Source: Alphaproteobacteria bacterium
GTDB lineage: Bacteria; Pseudomonadota; Alphaproteobacteria; GM7ARS4; G965262615
Assembly: GCA_965262615.1 (NCBI GenBank)
Contig: OZ253545.1
Location: 992,001 to 1,056,000 of the forward strand
Direction: 5' to 3'
Length of the DNA: 64,000 nucleotides
A model generated the notes under the pieces. It was not told the origin of the DNA, did no database searches, and was given only the letters and a program-made list of their open reading frames with translations. Positions 1-9,826 of the stretch are shown piece after piece. The translations under genes and the position numbers were made by a program. Every line of letters starts with the position of its first letter. Position 1 is the first letter of the stretch.

Positions 1-1079
1 GGCGTGCGCTCAAACAAATGGGAAAAATGACGATAGGCGGCGATTTTATCATCAAGATAGCGATAGGCAATCCAACCAGTCATCCACACTCCCTCATCAA
101 AACCGCCGGGCCATAGCTGCGTGTGAGCTGAGGCAAGCGTGTAGGCATCGCTGTATTTTTTGTCATGAAGCAGTTGCTGAATGCGTTCTTCAAAATGATC
201 CCACAGGGCGCGCGGGGCGAGCTTTTCGTAAGAATCGGTCTCGTGAATGAGTCGGCTATCCATGGCGATGTCGCCGAAGAGAATGCCCCACGGATTTTTA
301 CGCAGCGCGTGACTCTCTTCCAGCAGGGCGCGCGGCAGGGTTCCTTCGCGCGGTTTGGTGAGTTTTTTCTCACGCCATGTGGTGGGGACGATGTGATGCT
401 GGTCATCTTGTTTCAGGATGGCGGCGATTTGTGCAAAGTCTCCCTCGCGAAACAAACGCTCAAGGCGGGCGGCGGTGTCTTGGGGGGTGATGAGATGTCC
501 GAATTGATCAAGAAATTGACGGCGCGTGGTGTCATCCATGTAGCTCTCGCGCCACAATTGACGAGACCCCCCCGTCACGCGGCGTTCGTTGCCTTGAGCA
601 ATAAGAGCTTGCAAAAAGCGCGTGTGGGCGGCAAGGGTGATGGGCGGATAGGAATCAAACCAATCCACCACTTCTTGAGGTGAGGCGGAATCGGGCAGTT
701 GCAGCTCGGTGGCAATGAGAAGCGTTTGGCGGTGAGGAAAGTATGTGCGCCGTTCAATGAAATCGCGCAACACACTGAACTGTCCCTTGTCTTCGTTGCG
801 ATGGCGCACAAATCGCCACCAAGTGACATAATCGGACAGCAGTTGAAATCCCAGCACATTGGCTTCTTCTTGGGCGAGCGTGCCGTTGCCGTTGGTGAGG
901 GCGGTGAGGATGCGTTTGAGAGATGCCTCATCCACACCGCGCACGGTGACACCATCTTTGGTGGTGAGGCTATAGAATGCGGGATTGGATTCGGGCGGGC
1001 GTTCAACGGGCAGAGGCGAAGGCGCGCGACTGATGGCATCAGGCGACCAAAGGAACAAAAGTAATAAAAAAATAGGCAT
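1..1079 (-). CDS. Soluble lytic transglycosylase (Slt-like), N-terminal part; runs off window start
   Basis: Manual translation from ATG 1079: MPIFLLLLFLW signal-like start, then ...LRDFIERRTYFP...VVDWFDSYPPIT...WMTGWIAYRYLDDKIAAYRHF, typical of the alphaproteobacterial Slt superhelical region; divergent from dapA as usual. Not in the ORF track, presumably because no stop lies in the window. Confidence 0.75.
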   Translation of the reverse strand, partial: MPIFLLLLFLWSPDAISRAPSPLPVERPPESNPAFYSLTTKDGVTVRGVDEASLKRILTALTNGNGTLAQEEANVLGFQLLSDYVTWWRFVRHRNEDKGQFSVLRDFIERRTYFPHRQTLLIATELQLPDSASPQEVVDWFDSYPPITLAAHTRFLQALIAQGNERRVTGGSRQLWRESYMDDTTRRQFLDQFGHLITPQDTAARLERLFREGDFAQIAAILKQDDQHHIVPTTWREKKLTKPREGTLPRALLEESHALRKNPWGILFGDIAMDSRLIHETDSYEKLAPRALWDHFEERIQQLLHDKKYSDAYTLASAHTQLWPGGFDEGVWMTGWIAYRYLDDKIAAYRHFSHLFERT

Positions 1080-1090
1080 GGATCGCGGTC

Positions 1091-1119
1091 TTGCCGATGA
1101 AGTCTCTCTTGCATAGAAT
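1091..1119 (+). promoter_or_regulatory. Putative sigma70 promoter of dapA-smpB
   Basis: TTGCCG-N17-TAGAAT upstream of ATG 1135. Confidence 0.5.
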
Positions 1120-1134
1120 AGGAAAATAATTGCC

Positions 1135-2052
1135 ATGACGCAACCACTTGCACCACCTCACAATATTAAGGGAGCTTGCACGGCTTTGGTCACGCCGATG
1201 AATGATGACGGCGTGGATGAGGCGGCGTTTGTGGCTCTGGTGCGCTGGCAGATTGATGAGGGCATTCATGGACTTGTGCCGTGTGGCACGACGGGAGAAT
1301 CGCCCACCTTGTCGCACGATGAGCATCGCCGTGTGATTGAGCTGTGTGTGAGGGAGGTGGCGGGGCGTGTGCCAGTCATTGCGGGGTGTGGTTCTAACAG
1401 CACCGATGAGGCAATTGATTTGGTGCGTCATGCCGAAAAAGTGGGAGCGGATGCGGCTCTGGTGGTGACTCCTTACTACAACAAGCCAAGCCAACGGGGG
1501 CTTTATGAGCATTTTGCGGCGGTGGCGCGAGCATCGTCCCTGCCGCTGATTATTTACAACATTCCCGGGCGGTGCGTGGTGGATATGTCCGTTGCCACCA
1601 TGATGCGGCTGGCGACTGATTTTCCCACAATTGTCGGGGTGAAGGATTCCAGTTGTGACCTCATGCGTCCGCTCTTGTATCGCGCGCATAATTCAGCTCA
1701 GGGCGAGCATGATTTCATTCAGCTGTCCGGTGAGGATGGCACGGCTTTGGCGTTTATGGCTCAGGGGGGTGTGGGATGTATTTCGGTGGCATCCAATGTT
1801 GCGCCGTCTTTGTGTGCCGAGATGTTTGAGCTGTGGTGGGCGGGAGATGTGCGCGAAGCGATGCTTCTCAATGAGCATCTGTGTGTCTTGTATGAGGCGT
1901 TGTTTTTAGAGGGCAATCCCGCACCCACCAAGTATGCCTTGCATCTGATGGGCAAATGTGAGAACACATTGCGGCTGCCTCTGGTGTCCGTCAGCGAGGA
2001 GACGGAACAAAAAATCGCCGTGGTGTTGCAGTCCTTGCAATTGTTTCCATGA
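1135..2052 (+). CDS. dapA: 4-hydroxy-tetrahydrodipicolinate synthase
   Basis: [26 protein letters not shown] motifs. Confidence 0.97.
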   Translation: MTQPLAPPHNIKGACTALVTPMNDDGVDEAAFVALVRWQIDEGIHGLVPCGTTGESPTLSHDEHRRVIELCVREVAGRVPVIAGCGSNSTDEAIDLVRHAEKVGADAALVVTPYYNKPSQRGLYEHFAAVARASSLPLIIYNIPGRCVVDMSVATMMRLATDFPTIVGVKDSSCDLMRPLLYRAHNSAQGEHDFIQLSGEDGTALAFMAQGGVGCISVASNVAPSLCAEMFELWWAGDVREAMLLNEHLCVLYEALFLEGNPAPTKYALHLMGKCENTLRLPLVSVSEETEQKIAVVLQSLQLFP

Positions 2053-2062
2053 AACAGCGAGC

Positions 2063-2545
2063 ATGAAACAGAGAATTGGGCGCGATGTGACGGTGACGGT
2101 CAATCGCAAAGCCCGTCATGACTATGCCATTGAGGAGCAGGTTCAGGCGGGTTTGGTGTTGCTGGGCACGGAGGTGAAATCGTTGCGGGCGGGCAGAGTC
2201 AATTTGAGCGATTCCTACGCGGCAATGCGCGGCAAACAGATGGTGCTGATGAATGCCCACATTGCCCCCTATGACCATGCGTCAAGAGAGCACAACCATG
2301 CGCCGCGGCGCATTCGGGCGTTGCTGCTCACCAAACGGGAGATGAAGCGTCTGGCGGGCGCGGTGACCCAAAAGGGCTTGACTCTGATTCCGCTGTCCAT
2401 TCGCTTTGATGCGAACGGCATCGCTAAGTTGTTGCTGGGCTTGGGCAAGGGACGCAAAAAAGGCGACAAGCGAGAGGCAATCAAACAAAAAGAATGGAAA
2501 CGAAAACAAGGACAGCTTCTGCGCCGCAAAGAGAGGGGAGATTAA
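2063..2545 (+). CDS. smpB: SsrA-binding protein
   Basis: NRKARHDY, GLVLLGTEVKSLR, GKGRKKGDKRE; start reassigned to ATG 2063. Confidence 0.96.
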   Translation: MKQRIGRDVTVTVNRKARHDYAIEEQVQAGLVLLGTEVKSLRAGRVNLSDSYAAMRGKQMVLMNAHIAPYDHASREHNHAPRRIRALLLTKREMKRLAGAVTQKGLTLIPLSIRFDANGIAKLLLGLGKGRKKGDKREAIKQKEWKRKQGQLLRRKERGD

Positions 2546-3939
2546 CGGCACAGCAATTGTTGTGCTTCTGATTTATTTTCGATTCTGTCATTGTATTCCA
2601 ATAAATCGCAAGGTGTGTCACCAGCTTTGTCTTTGGCATGAATATCTGCTCCTGCGTTGATGAAGTCTTTGATGTCTACTCCATATACGGCATTTGATGC
2701 AGCAAAATGAAGTGGTGTTTCCTCATTGTTGTTTTTGGCATTAATCTCTGCTCCTGCACTGATGAGATTATTGATGATTCCTCCATGTACGGCATTATTT
2801 GATGCAGCATAATGAAGTGGTGTTTCACCACTGTTGTTTTTGGCATTGATATCTGCTCCTGCCTTGATGAGCTCTCTGATGCGCTCAGTATTGTCAGCGT
2901 CAAGATAGATGGGGGGGTCGGATTCAAGGACAAAGTCGTAGTTATGGGATTCAACAGAGATATGAAGTGGTGTTTTCCCATATTCGTCTTTGGCATTGAT
3001 ATCTGCTCCTGCCTTGAGGAGTTCTTTGATGACTCCAACGCTACCATTGTCTGCAGCAGCCTTATGAAGTGGTGTTTCACCATCGTTGTTTTTGGCATGA
3101 ATGTCTGCTCCTGCACCGATGAGTTCTTTGATGATTTGAATATTGCCTTTAGCAGCAAAATGAAGTGGTGTTTCACCATCGTTGTTTTTGGCATTAACAT
3201 CTGCTCCTGCGTTGATGAATTCTTTGATGACCTGAACATTATCATTGTCTTCAGCGTCATGAAGTGGTGTTTCACCATCGTTGTTTTTGGCATTAACATC
3301 TGCTCCTGCGTTGATGAGTTCTTTGATGACATCAGCATTGTCATTGTGTTCAGCAGCTAGGTGAAGTGGTGTTTCACCATCGTTGTTTTTGGCATTAACA
3401 TCCGCTCCTGCGTTGATGAGTTCTTTGATGACATCAGCATTGTCGCTGTTTTCAGCAGCCTCATGAAGTGGTGTTTCACCATCGTTGTTTTTGGCATTAA
3501 CATCTGCTCCTGCCTTGATAAGTTCTTTGATGACTTGAGCATTGTCACTGAATACAGTAGCCAAAGCAAGTGGTGTCCTACCCCATTTGTTTTTGGCATG
3601 AATGTTTGCTCCTGCTTTGATGAGTTCTTTGATGACCTGAGCATTATCGTTCAATGTAGAAGCATAATGAAGAGCTGTCCAGCCATCATCATCTTTGGCA
3701 TTGACATCCACACCCGCCGCTATAAATTCTCGCAATCGCGAAGGCGTTAAATCAGCCCATTGATTTTTAACATAATTCCAGTCACCTTTGATTAAGCGTT
3801 GCCAATGACCTCTGGCGTAGGCATTATCCCAGTCACCTTCAACCATGCGTTGCCATTTTTGAGAGGGAGAGTCGCCGCCACTGATGGCGGGGGTGGTGGC
3901 GATGGTCAAAACAAGGGCAATAAAAATCCACGGCTTCAT
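2542..3939 (-). CDS. Secreted ankyrin-repeat protein (class I, ~10 repeats plus Cys-containing C-cap)
   Basis: Signal peptide MKPWIFIALVLTIATTPAISG; 34-aa TPLH..A...VIKELI.AGAD.NAK repeats; TPCDLL...LCR end. Confidence 0.93.
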   Translation of the reverse strand: MKPWIFIALVLTIATTPAISGGDSPSQKWQRMVEGDWDNAYARGHWQRLIKGDWNYVKNQWADLTPSRLREFIAAGVDVNAKDDDGWTALHYASTLNDNAQVIKELIKAGANIHAKNKWGRTPLALATVFSDNAQVIKELIKAGADVNAKNNDGETPLHEAAENSDNADVIKELINAGADVNAKNNDGETPLHLAAEHNDNADVIKELINAGADVNAKNNDGETPLHDAEDNDNVQVIKEFINAGADVNAKNNDGETPLHFAAKGNIQIIKELIGAGADIHAKNNDGETPLHKAAADNGSVGVIKELLKAGADINAKDEYGKTPLHISVESHNYDFVLESDPPIYLDADNTERIRELIKAGADINAKNNSGETPLHYAASNNAVHGGIINNLISAGAEINAKNNNEETPLHFAASNAVYGVDIKDFINAGADIHAKDKAGDTPCDLLEYNDRIENKSEAQQLLCR

Positions 3940-3942
3940 TTT

Positions 3943-4008
3943 TCAATCCTTCATGGGATGCTTGGCATGGACTTTACCATCCAATCGGCTATGAGGTCAA
4001 TATCAAGC
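3943..4008 (-). repeat. Degenerate copy of the MFS transporter 3' end (LIADWMV..VHAKHPMKD*) serving as leader/RBS of the ankyrin gene
   Basis: Colinear with 11505-11570; same TGA-AAA-ATG junction. Confidence 0.75.
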
Positions 4009-4013
4009 TGTGC

Positions 4014-4117
4014 TGGGCAAGGGACGCAAAAAAGGCGACAAGCGAGAGGCAATCAAACAAAAAGAATGGAAACGAAAACAAGGACAGCTTTTGCGCCGCC
4101 GTGAAAGAGGCGACTAA
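4014..4117 (+). repeat. Duplicated 3' end of smpB (GKGRKKGDKREAIKQKEWKRKQGQLLRRRERGD*)
   Basis: 4014-4090 identical to 2442-2518 (77 nt); last 9 codons recoded. Confidence 0.95.
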
Positions 4118-5628
4118 GGGCAGAGCAATCTCTGTGCTTCTGGGTTATCTTGGAGTTGGTCATTGAATAACAATAAATCGCAAGGTGTGTCACCAGCTTT
4201 GTCTTTGGCATGAATATCTGCTCCTGCGTTGATGAGATTATTGATGATTCCTCCATGTACGGCATTATTTGATGCAGCATAATGAAGTGGTGTTTCACCA
4301 CTGTTGTTTTTGGCATTCATGTCTGCTCCTGCCTTGATGAACTCTCTGATGAGAGAAGCTTTGTCCTTGTCAACATAGATGGGGGGATTGGTGTAATATT
4401 CAAAGTTGAAGTCATGGGATTTAACAGCGAGATGAAGTGGCGTTTCCCCAATTTTGTTTTTGGCATGAATGTCAGCCCCTGCGTTGATGAGTTCTTTGAC
4501 GACATTGACGATAGCTGGATTGTTTTCGAATCCGATGCACGCCGTCTCGTCCCAATTTTCCTCGCACCAATTTTCATTTCTTGTCGTATCATGAAGTGGT
4601 GTGTCACCATCGTTGTTTTTGGCATTCATGTCTGCTCCTGCCTTGATGAGTTCTTTGATGATATGAGGATTGTCATTGTTTGAAGCAGCAAAATGAAGTG
4701 GTGTGCCACCAACGATGTTTTTGGCATGGATGTTTGCTCCTGCGTTGATGAGTTCTTTGATGACCTGAGCATTGCCATTGTATGAAGCGGCAGAATGAAG
4801 TAGTGTCCAGTCATCATCAGCTTTGGCATTGACATCTGCTCCTGCCTTGATGAGTTCTTTGGTGACCTGAGCATTGCCATTTAATTTAGCAGCTCGATAA
4901 AGTGGTGTGAAGCCATCGTTGTTTTTGGCATGAATGTCTGCTCCTGCTTTGATGAGTTCTGTGATGACCTGAGGATTGTCATTGTTTCCAGCAGCAAAAT
5001 GAAGTGGTATGTTCCCATATTCGTCTTTGGCACGAATGTCTGCTCCAGCCTTGATGAGTTCTTTGATGATTTCAACATTTTTATTCCGTTCAGCAGCATA
5101 ATGAAGTGGTGTTTCATCATCGCTGTCTCTGGCATGAATGTCTGCCCCTGCCTTGATGAGTTCTCTGATCACCTCAATGCTTGTATTCCACCGTGCAGCT
5201 AGATGAAGTGGTGTTTCACCCCAGTTGTTTTTGGCATTCATGTCTGCTCCTGCACCGATGAGTTCTTTGATGACCTGAGCATTGCCATTGTCTGCAGCAG
5301 CAAAATGAAGCGGTGTCCTGCCCACTCTGTTTTTGTCATGAATGTTTGCTCCTGCCTTGATGAGTTCTTTGATGACATCGGCATTGTCATTGTGTATAGC
5401 AGCTTTATGAAGTGGTGTGTCCCAAAAGTGGTCTTTGGCATTGACATTGATACCTGCCGCTATAAAGTTCCGCAACTGCTCTATCGTTAAATCAGTCCAT
5501 TGGTTTCTAACATCATCCCAGTCACTTTCAATCATGTGCTGCCATTTTTGAGAGGGAGAGTCGCCACCACTGATGGCGGGGGTGGTGGCGATGGTCAAAA
5601 CAAGGGCAATAAAAATCCACTTCTTCAT
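4114..5628 (-). CDS. Secreted ankyrin-repeat protein (class I, ~11 repeats, inserted Cys loop)
   Basis: MKKWIFIALVLTIATTPAISG signal; ANK repeats; WCEENWDETAC insert; TPCDLL...LCP. Confidence 0.93.
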   Translation of the reverse strand: MKKWIFIALVLTIATTPAISGGDSPSQKWQHMIESDWDDVRNQWTDLTIEQLRNFIAAGINVNAKDHFWDTPLHKAAIHNDNADVIKELIKAGANIHDKNRVGRTPLHFAAADNGNAQVIKELIGAGADMNAKNNWGETPLHLAARWNTSIEVIRELIKAGADIHARDSDDETPLHYAAERNKNVEIIKELIKAGADIRAKDEYGNIPLHFAAGNNDNPQVITELIKAGADIHAKNNDGFTPLYRAAKLNGNAQVTKELIKAGADVNAKADDDWTLLHSAASYNGNAQVIKELINAGANIHAKNIVGGTPLHFAASNNDNPHIIKELIKAGADMNAKNNDGDTPLHDTTRNENWCEENWDETACIGFENNPAIVNVVKELINAGADIHAKNKIGETPLHLAVKSHDFNFEYYTNPPIYVDKDKASLIREFIKAGADMNAKNNSGETPLHYAASNNAVHGGIINNLINAGADIHAKDKAGDTPCDLLLFNDQLQDNPEAQRLLCP

Positions 5629-5742
5629 TTTTCAATTCCTCAAGAGGCTTTGGCAAGCGCGGGTATTATAACACAATTAGATATCAAAGTAATGTCCCGT
5701 TGTGAGGCACGAGACGATTTCGCGCGCACGAATTACGAATTA
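5629..5742 (-). promoter_or_regulatory. Conserved inter-cassette spacer with extended -10 (TGtTATAAT) and GAGG RBS
   Basis: TATAAT at 5665-5670; homologous to spacers 7592-7711, 9020-9105, 10682-10794. Confidence 0.65.
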
Positions 5743-6942
5743 ACGGCACAACAATTTCTTTGCTTCTGAATTATCTTGGAGTTCGTCATTGTATAACAAT
5801 AAATCGCAAGGTGTGTCACCATCGTTGTCTTTTGCATGAATGTTTGCTCCTGCATTGGTGAGTTCTTTGATGAGATTGACGAGATTGACGACAGCTGGAT
5901 TGGGAATTTCAAATGGAATGCAAAAACCTTCCTCGTAACTCGCGCACAACTTGTCATCTCTTGCAGCAGCTCGATGAAGTGGTGTTTTACCCTCATTGTC
6001 TTTTGCATGAATGTTTGCTCCTGCATTGATGAGTTCTTTGATGACATGAGCATTGTCATTATTTGTAGCAGCAGCATGAAGTGGTGTGTTATCATAGTCG
6101 TCTTTGGCATGGATGTCTGCTCCTGCATTGATGAGTTCTTTGATGATATGAGGATTATCATTTAAAAAAGCAGCCTCATGAAGTGGTGTGTCACCCCCGT
6201 TGTCTTTGGCATGAATGTCTGCTTCGGCATTGATGAGTTCTTTGATGACCTGAGGATTGCCATTGTTTGAAGCAGCCTCATGAAGTGGTGTGCTACCGTA
6301 GCTTTCTTTGGCATGAATGTCTGCTCCCGCTTTGATGAGTTCTTGGATGACATAAAAACTGTCATCTCTTGCAGCAGCTCGATGAAGTGGTGTTTCATCC
6401 TCATTGTTTTTGGCATGAATGTCTGCTCCCATTTTGATGAGTTCCCTGATGACCTGAACATTGTCATTGGATGCAGCAGCGTCATGAAGTGGTGTTTGAC
6501 CAAAATAATTTTTGGCATGAATGTCTGCTCCTGCCTTGATGAGCTCCTTGATTACCTCAACGCTTTCATTATTGCGTACAGCAGCATGAAGTGGTGTGGT
6601 ATCCCAGATGCCTTTGGCATGAATATCTGCTCCTGCCTTGATGAATTCTTTGATGACCTGAGCATTGCCATTGTACTCAGCAGCGTGATGAAGTGCTGTC
6701 CAACCATTGTCTTCGGCATTGATATTGACACCCGCCGCTATAAATTGTCGCAATCGCGAAGGTGTTAAAGTAGCCCATCGGCTTTCAACAACATACCAGT
6801 CACCTTCAACCATGTGCTGCCACTGCTTTCTGGCGTAGGCATCTTGTAGTTGTTGGTCTTCTTGTTGCTGAGAAAAAGAGTCACCACTGGCGATGGTCAA
6901 AGCAAGAGCAATAAAAATCCAATGTTTTGTTTGCAATATCAT
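5740..6942 (-). CDS. Secreted ankyrin-repeat protein (class I, ~8 repeats, inserted Cys loop)
   Basis: KHWIFIALALTIASG signal; LCASYEEGFC insert; TPCDLL...LCR. Confidence 0.92.
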   Translation of the reverse strand: MILQTKHWIFIALALTIASGDSFSQQQEDQQLQDAYARKQWQHMVEGDWYVVESRWATLTPSRLRQFIAAGVNINAEDNGWTALHHAAEYNGNAQVIKEFIKAGADIHAKGIWDTTPLHAAVRNNESVEVIKELIKAGADIHAKNYFGQTPLHDAAASNDNVQVIRELIKMGADIHAKNNEDETPLHRAAARDDSFYVIQELIKAGADIHAKESYGSTPLHEAASNNGNPQVIKELINAEADIHAKDNGGDTPLHEAAFLNDNPHIIKELINAGADIHAKDDYDNTPLHAAATNNDNAHVIKELINAGANIHAKDNEGKTPLHRAAARDDKLCASYEEGFCIPFEIPNPAVVNLVNLIKELTNAGANIHAKDNDGDTPCDLLLYNDELQDNSEAKKLLCR

Positions 6943-6981
6943 AATTCAATCCTATAATAATTCGGACGGAGGAAAAAGACA

Positions 6982-7560
6982 ATGAGTGGACAAAACAAAG
7001 CTGCATCTTCAGTTTTACGGCATATTCTAGTATGGCTTTTGATTATCAGTTCAATTGTTGGAATTATTTTGCTGGTGGATTTTCTTCTTACTTCAAAGCA
7101 GGATCTTTTTGTTGGCTTATTGGCAGGGCTTGTGCCAACTGTCGTAACCATTTGGCAGTATAAACAACAAACTAAACGGGAGCATGAACAGTGGTTGCTT
7201 CGAAACCGTGATGCTTTTATGATTGAAATTATCAATATTTTTGTCTCTATGTTGGATAGAAAAGACAAAACTGATTCTGAACAAGAACAAAAGGAACTTT
7301 TAGAAAGAGTTAGAGCTTTGCGACCCGCTCTTCTCGCTCATGCACCCCCCTCAACATTAAAGGCGTATACAGCATTGCAGGATTTATCAGGGAAGAACGT
7401 TATGAGGGAGGGTGAGCGATTTTTTAGAGCAATTCGCAGTGATTTGGGTCATGATGATAGCCAATTAAGACCTGGTGAGGTATGGGGCACTCTTCTTGAT
7501 GAGGAAGGCAGAAAAGAAATTTTGCGAGCCTGCAGGGGCGAAAAATACGATGACTTATAA
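6982..7560 (+). CDS. Hypothetical protein with two N-terminal TM helices, inserted antisense in the ankyrin array
   Basis: GGAGG RBS; two hydrophobic segments; AT-rich. Confidence 0.75.
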   Translation: MSGQNKAASSVLRHILVWLLIISSIVGIILLVDFLLTSKQDLFVGLLAGLVPTVVTIWQYKQQTKREHEQWLLRNRDAFMIEIINIFVSMLDRKDKTDSEQEQKELLERVRALRPALLAHAPPSTLKAYTALQDLSGKNVMREGERFFRAIRSDLGHDDSQLRPGEVWGTLLDEEGRKEILRACRGEKYDDL

Positions 7561-7591
7561 AAAGTAAGCAAATCATCGTCTGTTCATCTCA

Positions 7592-7657
7592 TCAATCCTT
7601 CATGTGATGCTTGGCATGAACGGATTCTACCATCCAATTGGCTATCAAAGCAATGCC
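7592..7657 (-). repeat. In-frame copy of the MFS 3' end (GIALIANWMVESVHAKHHMKD*) containing a TTGCTT...TAGAAT promoter
   Basis: Gap-free alignment to the MFS C-terminus AIAFISNWLIKPVHSKHHMKE* (11505-11570). Confidence 0.85.
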
Positions 7658-7708
7658 CCGTTGTGAGGCATGAGACGATTGCGCGCGCCCGCGTCGCGCG
7701 GCAACAAA

Positions 7709-9019
7709 TTAACGGCATAGCATTTTCTTTGCTTTTGATTTATTTTTGAGGTCGTCATTGTGTTCCAATAAATCGCAAGGTGTGAGTCCATTGTCGGTTC
7801 TGGCATGAATGTTTGCTCCTGCATTGATGAGTTCCTTGATGGTATGAGCATTGCCATTGAGTAATGCAGCAACATGAAGCGGTGTGTAGCCACCGTTGTT
7901 TTTGGCATGAAGATTTGCTCCTGCTTTGGCGATTTCCCTGATTGCCTCAACGCTTTCATCAACGAGTGCGGCGATATGAAGTGGTGTGCCGCCCTTGTTG
8001 TCTTTGGCATTGAGGTCTGTTCCCGCTCTGATGAGTTCCCTGATCATTTCAATTTTGTTATTATTGTTGAGTGCAACAGCGATATGAAGCGGTGTGTAAC
8101 CGGTGTTCTCTTTGGCATTAAGATTTGCTCCTGCTTTGGTGAGTTCCCTGATCATCTCAATGTTGTTGTTATTGTTGAGTGCAACAGCAATATGAAGCGG
8201 TGTGTAACCGGTGTTATCTATGGCATGAACATTTGCTCCTGCTTTGGTGAGCTCTCTGATCAACTCGCTTTTGTTAGTGGATGCAACAGCATGAAGCGGT
8301 GTGAAACCTCTGATGTTTTTGGCATGCACATCTGCTTTTGCGTTGATCAGTTCCCTGATTACCTCAATGCTTTCATTAATAAATATCGCGACATGAAGTG
8401 GTGAGTCATCATTGTTGTCTTCGGCATGAATATTTGCTCCTGCCTTGATGAGTTCCTTGATGACATGAGGATTGTTATTGCTCGCGGCGGCAATATGAAG
8501 TGGTGTGAAACCACTGTCGCTTTTGGCATGAATATCCGCTCCTGCCCCGATGAGTTCCTTGATGGCATGGGGATTGTCATTGAGTAATGCCGCAATATGA
8601 AGAGGTGTGAAACCGTTGTCATTGACGGCACAAACATCCGCTCCTGCATTGATGAGTTCCTTGAAGGCATGGGCATGACCATTTTTTATAGCAACATGAT
8701 GAAGCGGTGTGTTGCCAATGTTATTTTGGGCATTGATATCTGCGCCCGCTTTGATGAGCTCCTTGATGACATGAGCATGGACATTAAATGCAACAGTGAC
8801 ATGAAGTGGCGTGTTGCCCTCTTTATCTCTCATGTTGATATTCACGCCTGCTGCTGTAAATTGTCGCAATCGCGACGGTGTTAAATCACGCCACTGATTT
8901 TTAACATAATTCCAGTCACTTTTGACCATGAGCCGCCAATGAGTTCTCCGAGACAAAGACCTGCCAACGCGCATGGCAGTGGCGGTCAAAGCAAGAGCAC
9001 TACGAATCCACCTCTTCAT
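7709..9019 (-). CDS. Ankyrin-repeat protein (class I, ~10 repeats, degenerate signal peptide)
   Basis: MKRWIRSALALTATAMRVGR start; ANK repeats; TPCDLL...LCR. Confidence 0.92.
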   Translation of the reverse strand: MKRWIRSALALTATAMRVGRSLSRRTHWRLMVKSDWNYVKNQWRDLTPSRLRQFTAAGVNINMRDKEGNTPLHVTVAFNVHAHVIKELIKAGADINAQNNIGNTPLHHVAIKNGHAHAFKELINAGADVCAVNDNGFTPLHIAALLNDNPHAIKELIGAGADIHAKSDSGFTPLHIAAASNNNPHVIKELIKAGANIHAEDNNDDSPLHVAIFINESIEVIRELINAKADVHAKNIRGFTPLHAVASTNKSELIRELTKAGANVHAIDNTGYTPLHIAVALNNNNNIEMIRELTKAGANLNAKENTGYTPLHIAVALNNNNKIEMIRELIRAGTDLNAKDNKGGTPLHIAALVDESVEAIREIAKAGANLHAKNNGGYTPLHVAALLNGNAHTIKELINAGANIHARTDNGLTPCDLLEHNDDLKNKSKAKKMLCR

Positions 9020-9054
9020 TTTTCAATCCTCAAGAGGTTTTGGAAAGAATGAAC

Positions 9055-9083
9055 ATTATCACACAATTGAGATATCAAAGCAA
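9055..9083 (-). promoter_or_regulatory. Putative sigma70 promoter in the conserved spacer
   Basis: TTGCTT-N17-GATAAT; spacer near-identical to 10682-10765. Confidence 0.6.
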
Positions 9084-9129
9084 TGGAAAGGCACGAGACG
9101 ATTGCGCGGCATCTATGAACACTCAATTC

Positions 9130-9735
9130 TCAATTTTCCAGTATTAGATTTTCGGCTTCGCGGCTGTTTCTGAGGGCATTGTTTTGCAACAAGAATTCAT
9201 AGACTCTTTTTCCGTTGTTGTCTCGGGCGTAGGTGCGTGCGCCGGCGAGGATGAGGGTGCGTAGCACCGCCACATTGCTGTTGGAACGAGCGGCGACATG
9301 AAGAGGCGTTCTGCCCCATCCCGTGCGAGCGCGAACGCTTGCTCCCGCCGCAATGAGGCGTTTGGTGACATTGACATCAGAATTCATCGCCGCCGCCCAA
9401 TGCAAGGGCGTGTAGCCACTACCGTCTGTGCGTGTGAGAGATGCCCCCGCCTTGAGAAGCGCATCTATGGTTTTCACATCGCCATAGCCGGCAGCCCAAT
9501 GGATGGCGGCGGAGCGATCCTCACGGTAGATGGTGTGAATATCCGCACCGTCTTGAATAAGTCTTTTCGTCCAGTTGGTTGTGCCTTTGCGGATGGATTC
9601 ATGCAGCGGCGGCACGACATCCACCCCAATGTATCTATTTTTGAGACGCTCCATGAACTGAGCACAGCCGGTAAGAGTCACCGCCGCCATAAAAACAAAA
9701 ACAAAGCGAAAGAGATGAGTCAAGCGGTAATTCAT
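9130..9735 (-). CDS. Ankyrin-repeat lipoprotein (divergent repeat type)
   Basis: Start reassigned to ATG 9735; hydrophobic leader plus lipobox LTGC; TPLHWAA, TPLHVAA repeats. Confidence 0.85.
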   Translation of the reverse strand: MNYRLTHLFRFVFVFMAAVTLTGCAQFMERLKNRYIGVDVVPPLHESIRKGTTNWTKRLIQDGADIHTIYREDRSAAIHWAAGYGDVKTIDALLKAGASLTRTDGSGYTPLHWAAAMNSDVNVTKRLIAAGASVRARTGWGRTPLHVAARSNSNVAVLRTLILAGARTYARDNNGKRVYEFLLQNNALRNSREAENLILEN

Positions 9736-9826
9736 TGGTTCAATTCCTTGTAGAATGGTTACCTTTAGGCAAGGTGAATGACAAAAGGAAGAGGTGAGCG
9801 TTCTCGCGCCGCCGTGAAAGAGGCGA

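Noticed and set aside
80-1156. Listed short ORFs at the window start
   Set aside because: The real gene is the unlisted minus-strand Slt-like frame from 1079.
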